Below the pieces are notes generated by a model that saw nothing but the letters and a program-made list of their open reading frames with translations, was not told the origin of the DNA and searched no databases. Position numbers and translations under genes: made by a program. Below are positions 9,786 to 20,575 of a DNA stretch of 64,000 nt, in pieces; within the stretch, counting starts at the first letter, position 1, and every line of letters begins with the position of its first letter. The stretch is from an uncultured Hormoscilla sp. (GTDB lineage: Bacteria > Cyanobacteriota > Cyanobacteriia > Cyanobacteriales > Desertifilaceae): NCBI GenBank assembly GCA_963921275.4, contig OZ001293.3, forward strand, positions 1,344,001-1,408,000, given 5' to 3'.

Positions 9786-11899
9786 ATGAACAGTAGCCGT
9801 AATCCACTTAATTTCCCACTCCCCTACGCTTCCAGGGCCCGTGTCCCCGAAGCCAGGGTGGGTATGATTTTACAACGGGGCGGCGAGGACTTCATGTTGT
9901 CAAAACTGGACGAGCGCTTCACCGTTGCTCCCAAAAGCAATGCTCCATCCTCTTGGACGCGGCAGATCCGGGGCCAAAAGCAGCAATTCCTCGGCCGGAC
10001 CCAGATCGCCGACTTCCTCGTTCCGTCCCACCGGCTAGACCGGGTCATGGAGGCGGCCCGGGCTAGAGATAGCGTTGCCTTTGCTAGCCATGTTTATCAG
10101 ATCGAGGGTAATCCGGGAACCCTAGTCTACCTGACAGACCAGATCGCGATTCAATTTCGCGAAGGTACTAGCGACTTTACCCAGAAGGCGATCGGGGATA
10201 GATTCGGTTTGCGCCGGCTGAAACCAGTAGTCGGTATTCTCAACAGTTTTGTGTTTCAAGTTACCTATCTGGCTCAGGAAAATCCCGTCAAGATTGCTAA
10301 CCGACTGATGGGGCTATCACAGGTAATGGTGGCGGAGCCGAATGTCATGATTCAGACCCAAAAGCATTACCGACCCCAGGACTCACTATATCACAAGCAA
10401 TGGTATTTGCACCATACTGGAGGCAATCAGTTAACCTGGGGATCCCATATTAATGTGGAGAAGGCTTGGGATATTACTCGTGGTAGTCGGGCCTGTACGA
10501 TCGCCGTGGCCGATGATGCCCTCGACCTGAACCACCCAGATTTCCAGGGCCTAGGAAAGATTGTCGCCCCGAGGGACTTCAAAGACCAGGACTTTTTGCC
10601 CCAACCGTCCGAACTAGAAGACAATCACGGCACCGCCTGCGCTGGCATTTGCCTAGCCGAAGAAAACGGTAATGGCATAGTCGGAGTCGCCCCCGGTTGC
10701 GCCCTGATGCCAATTCGCACCACAGGTTTTTTAGATGATGAATCGATCGAGCAGCTGTTTGACTGGGCCATTACCAAAGGAGCCTCAGTAATTTCCTGTA
10801 GCTGGGGGCCTGCGGCAGTCAACTTTCCCCTCTCCCTGCGACAAAGGGCAGCCATTTCCCGAGCCGCCACCGAAGGGCGCAAAGGTAAAGGCTGCGTGGT
10901 AGTATTTGCCGCAGGTAATGCCAATCGTCCCGTCAACGGCGTCGTCACCGAGCGGGGTTGGCCAGGTCAAGTCCTGGAAGGTTATACCAAATGGCTAGCA
11001 GGCTTCCCCGTACATCCAGACGTAATTGCCGTTTCTGCCTGCACCAGTTTGAACAAAAAAGCAGCCTACAGTAATTGGGGCAAACAGATTGGCCTTTGTG
11101 CGCCCAGCAATAACGCCCCTCCCGGGATCTTGCTCCAGGAAACTGGCTTTATCGAAACCGCGCCCCAGATTAATACCTATACCCCCGGCTTGGGGGTGTT
11201 CAGCACTGACCGGACGGGAGCCGTTGGCTACAGTCGCAACGACTTTACAGGGGATTTTGGCGGCACTTCCAGCGCTTGTCCCGTGGTGGCCGGAGTAGCC
11301 GCCCTAGTGCTGTCAGTAAATCCCGACCTCACCGCCCGGGAAGTAAAGCGCATCCTAGAGCAGACCGCTGATAAAATAGAGGACCCCAACCCGGACCCCC
11401 AACTGGGCTTGCGCAAAGGCACCTATGATGTCAGAGGTCACTCCGAGTGGTTTGGCTATGGCAAGGTGAATGCCTTTGAGGCGGTCAAGGCAGCGAAACA
11501 GCAGCTGGCAGCTCCTCTACGGGTTATCCGGCGCGTGGCAGGCCAAAATAACGAACGGGTTGCTATTCCCGATTATAATCAGCGAGGTGTTACCAGTGAG
11601 ATTTATATTTCCGATTCCGGTCGGCTGAAAGATATTCAAGTTAGGATTGATATTCAGCATGATTTCTTGGGGGATTTGGAAGTGAGTTTGGTGGCACCTA
11701 ATGGCGATATTGTGCTGCTGCAAAACCGGACCATGGGACGGGCCAGGAAACTGCAAGCAACTTATTCTCTGCAAAATATCCTCGCTTTCCGGCAGTTGCT
11801 CAATCGGTCTGTCTATGGTGTTTGGAAACTCTTGCTGACCGACCATGCCTTGGCGATACTGGTTGGTTGAATGGCTGGCAGTTAACTCTCGGTGTCTAG
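9786..11899 (+). CDS. S8 subtilisin-like peptidase with P (proprotein convertase) domain; 1-nt frameshift about 15 codons before the end
   Basis: VADD, HGTACAG, GTSSACP catalytic triad; alternate frame GDTGWLNGWQLTLGV* ends at 11899. Confidence 0.85.
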
Positions 11900-12232
11900 T
11901 TAACGGGGCTTAAATTAAAAAACCCGGTTTTTCGTCAAAACCGGGTTTCTGGGCTACGGGGTTCTCAATTTTTAGCCTGGCATATAGCGTTTATAAAATT
12001 GATGTGGTACAGCTTTCATCGGCTATTTGTCATTGCGAGGGGGTGTAAGTAGCGATTAACTTATGTTTTATGAGTTACCCCCCCCGTTAGCGCAGCGGCA
12101 GATTGCTTCGTGCCTCGCAACAAGCTCCGGAGGGCCAGCAATCTCCAACAGCATCTCACACATAGCAAGAGAACTGCTATAGTAGGATATAGATAAAAAT
12201 TCAATCTACCGATTAATTCCGACAAGACAGCC

Positions 12233-13166
12233 ATGAAAAAGATTATTGCTGACAACCTAATACGTTACAGAAAAGGTCTGGGTCTCTCTCAGGAGGAATT
12301 AGCAGAACTGGCGGGAATCACTCGCCAGCACATCAATAACTATGAAAATGCTAAATCTCTACCAGATAGCAAAACCCTCTCTGCCTTAGCGCGGGCCTTG
12401 GACGTTACCCTCGATGACTTGTTACGGAAAGAAAGCATGAACATTCTTCCTTTCCGGTTTCGCCCCCATTCTGACTTGGGTAAAAAGCCTCAAGTAGTTG
12501 CCAGAGTTATGCGATCGCTCTCTACCTACAGTGCCTTAGAGCAAGCAGTTGGTTTGCCCCCATATAGTCCCGGCAGTCCAAGAGCATCCCTTGCCACGAA
12601 TTAAGAGGCAATGAAAAGCGCATTGCCCAAATAGCAGCCCAGTTTCGCCACCGTTGGCAATTATTACCCACTCGGAATCTATTTCAAGCAGTAGAAGACA
12701 TCGGCTTAAAAGTTCTGCGTCAGGATATTCCCATGGAGTCGGATGAGAGTTTTTGGGGCTGAGTGCCTGTAGTGATGATCGAGGTGCGTTTGTCCTGGTT
12801 AATACCCATAATATCGGGATTGAGCAGCAACTCTTTACCCTAGCTACTGAGATAGGACACCTCATATTTCATCGTAGCGATTACCAAGATACTCTCATAG
12901 AAGAGGGAACAACTTCGAAAGAGCGATCGCGATCATCTGTAGCAGACTACTTCGCCAAGCATCTGCTGATGCCCCAAATGCAGTTACAGTCAGTTCTTGA
13001 ACCAGAAAAAGTCCCAGAAAATGAACGGTATAACCGGATAATTTTTCAAGCTCTCAGCTTGGGCAAAATTTCAGAACTAAAAGCAGCAGAACTGCTGAAT
13101 ATAGGCGATCCGACTTTCCCCAACCGATCCTCAAGTTCACAATACTCTCGGTGCTATCCTGTTTAA
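12233..13166 (+). pseudogene. XRE HTH plus ImmA/IrrE-type metallopeptidase, frameshifted
   Basis: LSQEELAELAGITRQHINNYEN HTH; FTLATEIGHLIFH is a degenerate HExxH; split across frames. Confidence 0.75.
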
Positions 13167-14322
13167 GCGGGGCAAAACTGCCGAAGCGGAAGCCGAACTG
13201 CGCCAAGTGATCCAGTTGCAGCCCGACTGTGCTCAGGCTTTTAGAAATATTGGCGAAATGAAGACCTACAGTCCTGGCGACCCCGATATTTTAGCAATGG
13301 AGAAGTTGCTGGAGCAGCCTGACCTATCATCTGCTAAGTCAATGCATTTGTGTTTCGCCCTGGGGAAAGCCTATCAGGATGTCAAAAACTATGAACGAGC
13401 CTTCGCTTATCTGTCTAGAGGTAATCAATTTAAGCGTGGCAGCATTAATTTTGATATTGCTACAGTCCAGGGAGTGTGCGATCGGACAATTAAGGAATTT
13501 TCCCGGGAGTTATTTGCCCAGAACCGTGCAGTTGGCTTTAACTCGGAGCTGCCCATCTTTATCCTGGGCATGCCCAGGTCGGGAACTACACTGGTGGAGC
13601 AGATCTTAGCTTCTCACCTCCAGGTCCATGGCGCTGGAGAACTGCCTTACCTACAGCAGTTAGCAAAAGCTCTCTCCCGGAAACTGGGGCGACCTTTCCC
13701 GGAAGGGGTCGGCAAAATAGATCCTGGTTCTTGGCAGGGACTGGGCAAAAATCACGTTCAGACGATGAGGAAAATTGTCCCAAGGGCGAGATACATTACT
13801 GATAAAATGCCAGACAATTTTTGGCGCGTGGGTCTGATCCATCTCATTCTTCCCCAGGCAAAGATAATACATTGTGTCCGCAACCCGGCAGATACCTGCC
13901 TCTCTTGCTATCAGAAGCTGTTCACCCAAGGGCAAGAGTTCTCCTATGACTAGCAGGATCTCGGTCACTACTATCAAGTTTACTACCGACTGATGCAGCA
14001 TTGGCAGGCAGTCTTGCCCGTTCGATATCTCTGGGGAGCGCTATTCGCACTACCCCAGAGATATCGACGCATCCTTGACCTGCAGTATGAAGATGTGGTA
14101 GCTAATCAGGACCGAAAAGCCAGAGAAATTATAGCTTTTTGCGGCATCCCATGGGATGATGCAAGTCTTGCATTTTACCAGACTGACAGACCTGTGATGA
14201 CTGCAAGTACCGCACAAGTCCGGCAACCGATCTATACTACTTCTGTAGAGCGCTGGCGGCGTTATTAAACACAGCTTGCTCCTCTGCTAGAGGCTCTCGG
14301 CCCTCTTGCTCCTAGTTCGTAG
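13140..14322 (+). pseudogene. TPR-sulfotransferase paralog, 5'-truncated with in-frame stops
   Basis: GMPRSGTTLVE and ITDKMP motifs; TAG at 13951 and TAA at 14266; colinear with 14555..16492. Confidence 0.85.
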
Positions 14323-14554
14323 TTCGTAGTAGCGCTGCGCGCACTAGCTGCTGCGCAGCACTTCGTATACGTATACGTAGTTCAAGATTGCTTCGTGCCT
14401 CGCAACGCTGCGCGGTTCGTAGTTCGTAGTTATTTTAAAGTTCCTCGTGTATGACATTATTTATATGTAATACGCAGATATGATATGCTCCCGGACCAGT
14501 CTCTGACTGTCCGGGAGAAACGAGAACAGTTAATCCCAATTCAGGCGATAATCT

Positions 14555-16492
14555 ATGTTAGTTAAACATCTGCTACGACTCAGCCAGATCCTCACAAGTC
14601 AGCATTACTTCCAGGAAGCTCAGTTGAAGGCTCAAGAGGCGATCGCCCTGCAACCGGACAACGCGGAGGCACACAACCATCTGGGCTTCATCCTGGAAAA
14701 CCAGGGGAAGCTAGCAGCAGCGGAAGCGGCGGTGCGAGAAGCCCTGCGACTGAAACCGGACTTCGCAGATGCACACAAGCATTTGGGCTTCCTGCTGGGA
14801 AACCAAGGTAAGCTGGCAGAAGCGGAAGCGGCGGCCAAAGTTGCCCTGAGGCTGAACCCAAAGGATGCTCAAACTCGCAGAAACCTGAGCATTATTCAGA
14901 AATATCAAAACAGTCTCGGACAGAAAATGCCTGTCGCGAGGTTAGGGAAACCCTCAAAACCAGCTTCCCAGAAACTTAAGGACGCTTCCGATTATAACCG
15001 CCTCGGCTTTACATTCTGGAAGCAAGGTAAGCTGGCAGAAGCGGAGGTTATGGTGCGAGAGGCCCTACGGCTACAGCCTGATTATCCGGAAGCTTACAAT
15101 ACTCTCGGTGCCATCCTGTTTAGCACAGGGAAGCTGGCGGAGGCAGAAAAGGCCGTGCGCAAGGCGATCGCCTCCCAGCCTGATTATCCAGAGGCTTACA
15201 CTAATCTCGGTGCTATCCTGCATAATCAGGGTAGACTCCCAGAAGCAGAAGTGGCGCTGAAAAAGGCGATCGCCCTTAAGCCTAATTATGCCGAAGCGCA
15301 CAAAAACCTGGGAGTTGTCCTCAAAAACCAGGGTAAGCTAGCAGAAGCTGAAGCCGCCTTCCGAGAGGCGATCGCCTGCCAACCCAATTATGCCGAAGTC
15401 TACAAGCATTTAGGGGAACTGAAGAAATACAGCGATACCGATGCGCAGCAGCGCGACGCAGGAGCGCTAGGTGATATAGCCGCGATGGAGAAGCTGCTAT
15501 CTCACCCAGGAACAGCATCGGAAGAGTCAATGAATTTATATTTCGCCCTGGGGAAAGCTTATGAAGACATAGGCAACTACGATCTGGCTTTTGATTATTT
15601 TACCAAAGGTAATCAACTGAAACGTCAGAGCCTTAATTTCGACATGGCTAACATCGAAGCTTACGTAAAACGGACGATTAAGGTATTTACTAAGTCCTTG
15701 TTCGCCCAGTATAGTCAAGTTGGTTGTGCTTCCGATCTACCAATATTGATTGTGGGGATGCCCAGGTCAGGAACAACATTAGTGGAGCATATCTTAGCCT
15801 CTCACCCCCAGGTCCATGGTGCTGGAGAACTGCCTTATCTGAACCAAATGACTAATCAATTAGCTCGCGCTTTGTCCGTAGAGGTAAAAGGTGTCAAGCT
15901 GCATTTTCCCGAGTCTCTGACAAAAATAAATGGTTCCAAGCAACTGCAGAAAGCGGGAGAGTTATACATCAAAGCTTTACGCAAGCACGATCCGAAGGCG
16001 CGGTACATTACTGATAAAATGCCAGATAACTGTTTCCGCATCGGCATACTCCATCTCATCCTACCTCAGGTAAAAATAATTCACTGCCTGCGCAACCCAG
16101 CGGATACCTGCCTTTCCTGTTACCAGAAGCTATTCGCCCAAGGTCAAAGCTTCTCCTATGACCTGAAGTATCTCGGTCGCTACTATCAACTCTACCACCG
16201 ACTGATGCAGCATTGGCAGACTGTTTTACCCGGAAATATCCTGGAAGTGCAGTATGAGGAAGTGGTTGCGTCTCAAGAGGAAAAAGCGCGAGAAATATTG
16301 GAGTTCTGCGGGATAGCATGGGATGATGCTTGTCTGAACTTTTATCAGACCGATCGCACAGTGAAGACTGCTAGCGCTGCCCAAGTCCGCCAACCGATCT
16401 ATACTACTTCTGTGCAGCGGTGGCGGCGTTATGAAAGACATCTGGCGCCTCTATTAGAGGCTCTCGGTCCACTTGCTCTGGTCATTGAGTAG
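14555..16492 (+). CDS. Tetratricopeptide-repeat sulfotransferase
   Basis: Repeated AEAxNxLG TPR units; PAPS-binding GMPRSGTT; RNPADTCLS. Confidence 0.9.
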   Translation: MLVKHLLRLSQILTSQHYFQEAQLKAQEAIALQPDNAEAHNHLGFILENQGKLAAAEAAVREALRLKPDFADAHKHLGFLLGNQGKLAEAEAAAKVALRLNPKDAQTRRNLSIIQKYQNSLGQKMPVARLGKPSKPASQKLKDASDYNRLGFTFWKQGKLAEAEVMVREALRLQPDYPEAYNTLGAILFSTGKLAEAEKAVRKAIASQPDYPEAYTNLGAILHNQGRLPEAEVALKKAIALKPNYAEAHKNLGVVLKNQGKLAEAEAAFREAIACQPNYAEVYKHLGELKKYSDTDAQQRDAGALGDIAAMEKLLSHPGTASEESMNLYFALGKAYEDIGNYDLAFDYFTKGNQLKRQSLNFDMANIEAYVKRTIKVFTKSLFAQYSQVGCASDLPILIVGMPRSGTTLVEHILASHPQVHGAGELPYLNQMTNQLARALSVEVKGVKLHFPESLTKINGSKQLQKAGELYIKALRKHDPKARYITDKMPDNCFRIGILHLILPQVKIIHCLRNPADTCLSCYQKLFAQGQSFSYDLKYLGRYYQLYHRLMQHWQTVLPGNILEVQYEEVVASQEEKAREILEFCGIAWDDACLNFYQTDRTVKTASAAQVRQPIYTTSVQRWRRYERHLAPLLEALGPLALVIE

Positions 16493-16608
16493 AGGTTCTT
16501 CTATCCCCCCACCTGTGTATATAGATCTGGGTGATAATATTAAATCACCCCTGTCAAGATACACAGTCTATTTTTTACCTGAAAAAATTATCAAGTGAGG
16601 GAATCAAA

Positions 16609-17369
16609 GTGCATCTGGCTTCACCTGCGATCGTATTTTCCTTGATCATCGTCAACTGTATTGCCACATTCATCGGAGGATACGCTGGATTTGGCGGTGG
16701 AATTATAGCGGTAACACTTGTTACACTTATTCCTTACAACATCCAAACTCTTATAGACAGTGTTTAATTAATTTTATTTATTCCTAAGATTGTACTCTTA
16801 TATTAATTTCGAGAACCAATGGAAAGATATTATGGAAAAGTGCATTACTTATTCTTTTAGGGTGCTTAATTGGAATTCTGTTAGGATATAAATTTATTGC
16901 CATATTTGGAAATCAAAGCATATTCAGAATCTGTTTAGGTGCGATCCTGATTATACTCGGAATCAATGGAGTAAAATCGTCAAAGCCGAAAAAAATGGCT
17001 AAATACTGGGCGAGTCCCATAGGAATTTTAAGCGGATTTCTGACGGGAGCATTCCTTACAGGTGGGCCTCCTATCATCATATACCTTTATTCTCGGACAG
17101 ATGAGCCACAAAAAATGAAGGCTACGATTCAGTTGATATTTCTCTTAATGTTGATTATGAGGAGTGCCAGTATGTTTGTTAATCAAGCAATAGTAGATTA
17201 TGCAAATATTATCTGGTTGAACGTATGGAGTTTGCCATTTGTTATCCCGATCGTCATAATTAGCCATCGTTTGTCCTTAAATAATTCTCCCCAAAGATTC
17301 CGAAAAGTTATTTATTGTTTGATGACAATGTTTGGCAGTATAATTATAACTAAAGCTTTAATGCGGTAA
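16609..17369 (+). pseudogene. TauE/SafE (DUF81) sulfite-exporter-like membrane protein, fragmented
   Basis: GGYAGFGGGII and GAFLTGGPPIIIYL motifs in separate ORFs; AT-rich; stops in between. Confidence 0.7.
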
Positions 17370-17669
17370 GGGTCAGCTATGCCGTAGCAAGAATGGCCAT
17401 CGCAGCGACAAGCATTATCACATCTCTGTCATCTGGGCTTGTTTAGCACAACATATGCTTGCCAAGAATGGTCGGACAGCGTCAAATATAACATAATGAT
17501 CGTGCTATTGCTATAATTACCCGATATTGAAAAATACTTGACGATCGGGGACAATTTGCTATAATGAGAGAAGAATAGACAGTTAGGGGATGAAAATTGA
17601 CTCCGGATGAGGGTTTTAGCCCTAATGTGTCACGTGTCACAGATTTATTCAACGACCATCGAACAATTT

Positions 17670-18452
17670 ATGAGTTTAACAAATTTTCACCAAAAAGTTT
17701 TTATTGTCACGGGGGGAACTCAAGGTTTGGGTGAAGGCATTGCTCGTTATTTAGCAGAGCATGGAGCAGCAGGCATTGTCATATGTGGGAGGAATGCGGA
17801 AAATGGGAAAAGAGTAAGCGAGGAACTTAAAGGATTGGGATGCGAGGGAATATATGTTCAAGCTGATTTGAGTAAAGAGCATGATTGCCGAAAAGTAGTT
17901 GCTAAGAGTGACTCAATGTTTGGCAATATACATGGAATGGTGAATGCAGCAGGGATAACTGATAGAGGTTATTTAGATGACACGACTGTAGAACTGTGGG
18001 ATATGCTATTCGCAGTAAATGTTCGCGCACCTTTTATTCTTACCCAAGAAGTAGTTAGGGTGATGAAAAGGGAAAAACCCGGCGGCAGCATTGTTAATAT
18101 TATATCTATAGTTAGCCATGGGGGGCCGCCCTTCTTGACAGCTTACAGTTCTTCTAAAGGAGCCCTAGCTGTCTTTACTAAGAATATGGCATATGCTTTA
18201 AGATATGATAAGATTAGGGTCAATGGTTTGAATATCGGATGGACGGATACTCCCAATGAGCATCAGGTTTAAAAGAAAATGGGGAAGCCCGATAATTGGC
18301 TCGAAGAAGCTGAATCTTCTCGACCGTTTGGACGACTCCTGAAGCCTATTGATGTTGCGGAAATGGTGGGATTCCTGTTGAGCGATCGAGCTTCAATGAT
18401 AACGGGTTCCATAATTGAATTTGACCAAACAGTCATAGGAGCATATGACTGA
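17670..18452 (+). pseudogene. SDR oxidoreductase with premature stop
   Basis: TGGTQGLG, NAAG, YSSSK; TAA at 18270, then the same frame continues PFGRLLKP...ITGSIIEFDQ to TGA at 18452. Confidence 0.85.
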
Positions 18453-18532
18453 AAGGTAGTGGTCAAGATGTATGATTTGACTACGGTCCTAGGTTTCAAG
18501 CGCTAAAATCACTACTTGTGAGCCACCAAACC

Positions 18533-18740
18533 CTCATATAAACTACCAAAAAAATAAGGGAATAGAACCGAAGTTCCCTTCCTCTTATCACCACCTTTGA
18601 GTTTTCTCCGCAGTACTTGCTGTTGCTTTTTCAGCTGCGCATTCGGGCCGCGCCACCTTGGCCTTTGGAGTTTCTACCCTGCCGGCGGGGAGACTCCCAT
18701 CGCTTCAATTGCATTTTCCCTTTCTCCTCAACAGACAGTG
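18533..18740. repeat. ~205-bp direct repeat of 20291-20495, carrying a frameshifted copy of the small basic ORF
   Basis: Near-identical sequence; this copy reads MQLKRWESPRRQGRNSKGQGGAARMRS* owing to a 1-nt deletion. Confidence 0.85.
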
Positions 18741-18881
18741 AGTCGAACAGGAAGCCGATCGCTAAACTCATCAGGGCCAGAGTCCGGGAAGGCCAGAGGG
18801 CCTTCCAAGAATCTATCGATTTTCCGTCTACGCACAGATTGTTAAAATGTCTGCGTTTTATTAATGGACCGACGCTCTAGT

Positions 18882-18970
18882 GATGGGGGTTGACATTCGG
18901 GCTAGAATTGTTCATAATATAAGTGGAGGCTTTGCGGGTACTTTGGTGCTCCATTGCCTTTTCCATTAGC
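18882..18970 (+). ncRNA. Candidate promoter plus small hairpin RNA, copy A
   Basis: TTGACA (18890)-17 nt-CATAAT (18913), then GGAGGC...GCCTTTT; homologous to 19264-19351. Confidence 0.45.
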
Positions 18971-18991
18971 GATGTTGCGCAAATCCGCTAG

Positions 18992-19089
18992 CCGATCTAT
19001 ACTTCAATCCAGCGGTGGCGGCGTTACGAAAGACATCTGGCGCCTCTATTAGAGGCCCTCGGCCCACTTGGGACGGTCATTGAGTAGAG
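18992..19089 (+). pseudogene. Third remnant of the sulfotransferase 3' end
   Basis: Matches about 16394-16494 (QRWRRYERHLAPLLEALGPL..VIE*). Confidence 0.8.
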
Positions 19090-19263
19090 TTGGCCGGTTC
19101 GATTCGGTGACGGCGACGGCGAGATCCACCGTCGGAGACAGCCCACATTCGGCAGGTTCGGTCTAGATATAGCGGTTTACAAAACTTAATAGGCCACTGG
19201 TTTAGCCGCCTTCGCTGAAATCCTTGTGAGATAAGGCTTTGAAAAAAAACTCCCTTGTGAGGG

Positions 19264-19351
19264 GATGGGGGTTGACATTCGGGCTAAAATTATTCATAAT
19301 GTAAGTGGAGGCTTTGCAGTGCGTTGGTGCTGCATTGCCTTTTCCATTAGC
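19264..19351 (+). ncRNA. Candidate promoter plus small hairpin RNA, copy B, convergent on the DUF3800 gene
   Basis: TTGACA (19272)-17 nt-CATAAT (19295); AGGC-TGCAG/CTGCA-GCCT stem followed by a T-run. Confidence 0.5.
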
Positions 19352-20222
19352 CATCTTGCATATCTTCAGGCCGCAAATCGGTAATCACTCCTGTAAAACT
19401 CCAAATTACAAAGTTGGGATTATCGCCAACTTCTCGAATAGCACGATATCTCAGCCGACAAACCTGATCGACTAAATTATCAAGTTCATCTCGCTTCGGT
19501 TCTGTCATTTCCCCAGTACGAAATCCCCAAGAAACAACATAGGCGATTAGATCGGCAATTTGGACGCCCGTAGTCAAGTCACTGTGGACAAAAAATGGCT
19601 CTGGAATAATCTGACCCGCTTGCTGCCTGCCTTTAGTTGTTCGCTTAAAGTATCGGTCCATTTGTTCAACCAATAGAAGGTTTTTACTTTTTTCAATATC
19701 ATCAAAAACAATAATACCGGAACAGAGAGTCCTTAGATATTCTAAGAAATAGAAGAATCGCTCGAAAAGATAGGCATAGTCTTTTCGCAGGTAATCGTTA
19801 TCAAGGGTAAATGGCGCATTTCGGCTCACTATACTCGCAAAGGCTTTACATCTAAAACGCGAACAAATGTTAAATAATTCACTTACATAAGCAAGTTTTG
19901 CTTGAGCCAAAGCAGTGATTTCATATTTGCCAGCAGTAGAACCTTCATCAAGACAACTTTGAGCTAAAACACATCGCTCTGACTCCGGAATAGGTGGCAA
20001 CTGTCTTGCTTGTCTGTAAACCTTTTTTTTCAGTATTTTTTTACCTTTAAGTTCTTCTTTGCCGCGACTGTAACGCCTACCAAAGTATCTAATCTCTGCT
20101 GCTTGAATATCTTGGATCAGATTCCATAAATCACGATCTTCGATAGCAACCCCAGCCAATACTGCATAGGGTGAGTTGTGCAAATCTGAGCCACTCTCGT
20201 CAACAAAGAGAAAATATGCCAT
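19347..20222 (-). CDS. DUF3800 domain protein
   Basis: N-terminal LFVDESG and C-terminal GVQIADLIAY motifs. Confidence 0.85.
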   Translation of the reverse strand: MAYFLFVDESGSDLHNSPYAVLAGVAIEDRDLWNLIQDIQAAEIRYFGRRYSRGKEELKGKKILKKKVYRQARQLPPIPESERCVLAQSCLDEGSTAGKYEITALAQAKLAYVSELFNICSRFRCKAFASIVSRNAPFTLDNDYLRKDYAYLFERFFYFLEYLRTLCSGIIVFDDIEKSKNLLLVEQMDRYFKRTTKGRQQAGQIIPEPFFVHSDLTTGVQIADLIAYVVSWGFRTGEMTEPKRDELDNLVDQVCRLRYRAIREVGDNPNFVIWSFTGVITDLRPEDMQDG

Positions 20223-20274
20223 GTCGATTATAATCTATTTTTGCTTCTCCAAAAATAACATATACCGGCGGGCT

Positions 20275-20469
20275 TCAAGGGCGATCGCCTCTCATATAAC
20301 TTACCCAAAAAATAAGGGAAGGAACTTCGGTTCCCTTCCCGTTATCGCCTTTGAGTTTTCTGCGCAGTACTTGCTGTTGCTTTTTCAGCTGCCGCATTCG
20401 GGCCGCGCCACCTTTACCCTGGGAGTTTCTCCCCTGCCGGCGGGGAGACTCCCATCGCTTCAATTGCAT
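20275..20469 (-). CDS. Small basic conserved hypothetical protein
   Basis: MQLKRWESPRRQGRN...; AGGAG-like RBS; duplicated at 18533-18714. Confidence 0.5.
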   Translation of the reverse strand: MQLKRWESPRRQGRNSQGKGGAARMRQLKKQQQVLRRKLKGDNGKGTEVPSLIFWVSYMRGDRP

Positions 20470-20493
20470 TTTCCCTTTCTCCTAAACAGACAG

Positions 20494-20575
20494 TGGGCGG
20501 AGAGAGACTCGAACTCTCATGACCGAAGTCGCTACATTTTGAGTGTAGTGCGTCTACCAATTTCGCCATCCGCCC
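20494..20575 (-). tRNA. trnL: tRNA-Leu(CAA)
   Basis: GGGCGGA acceptor stem, D-loop AATTGGTAG, CTACA-ctCAAaa-TGTAG anticodon arm, variable arm, GTTCGAG T-loop. Confidence 0.95.
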
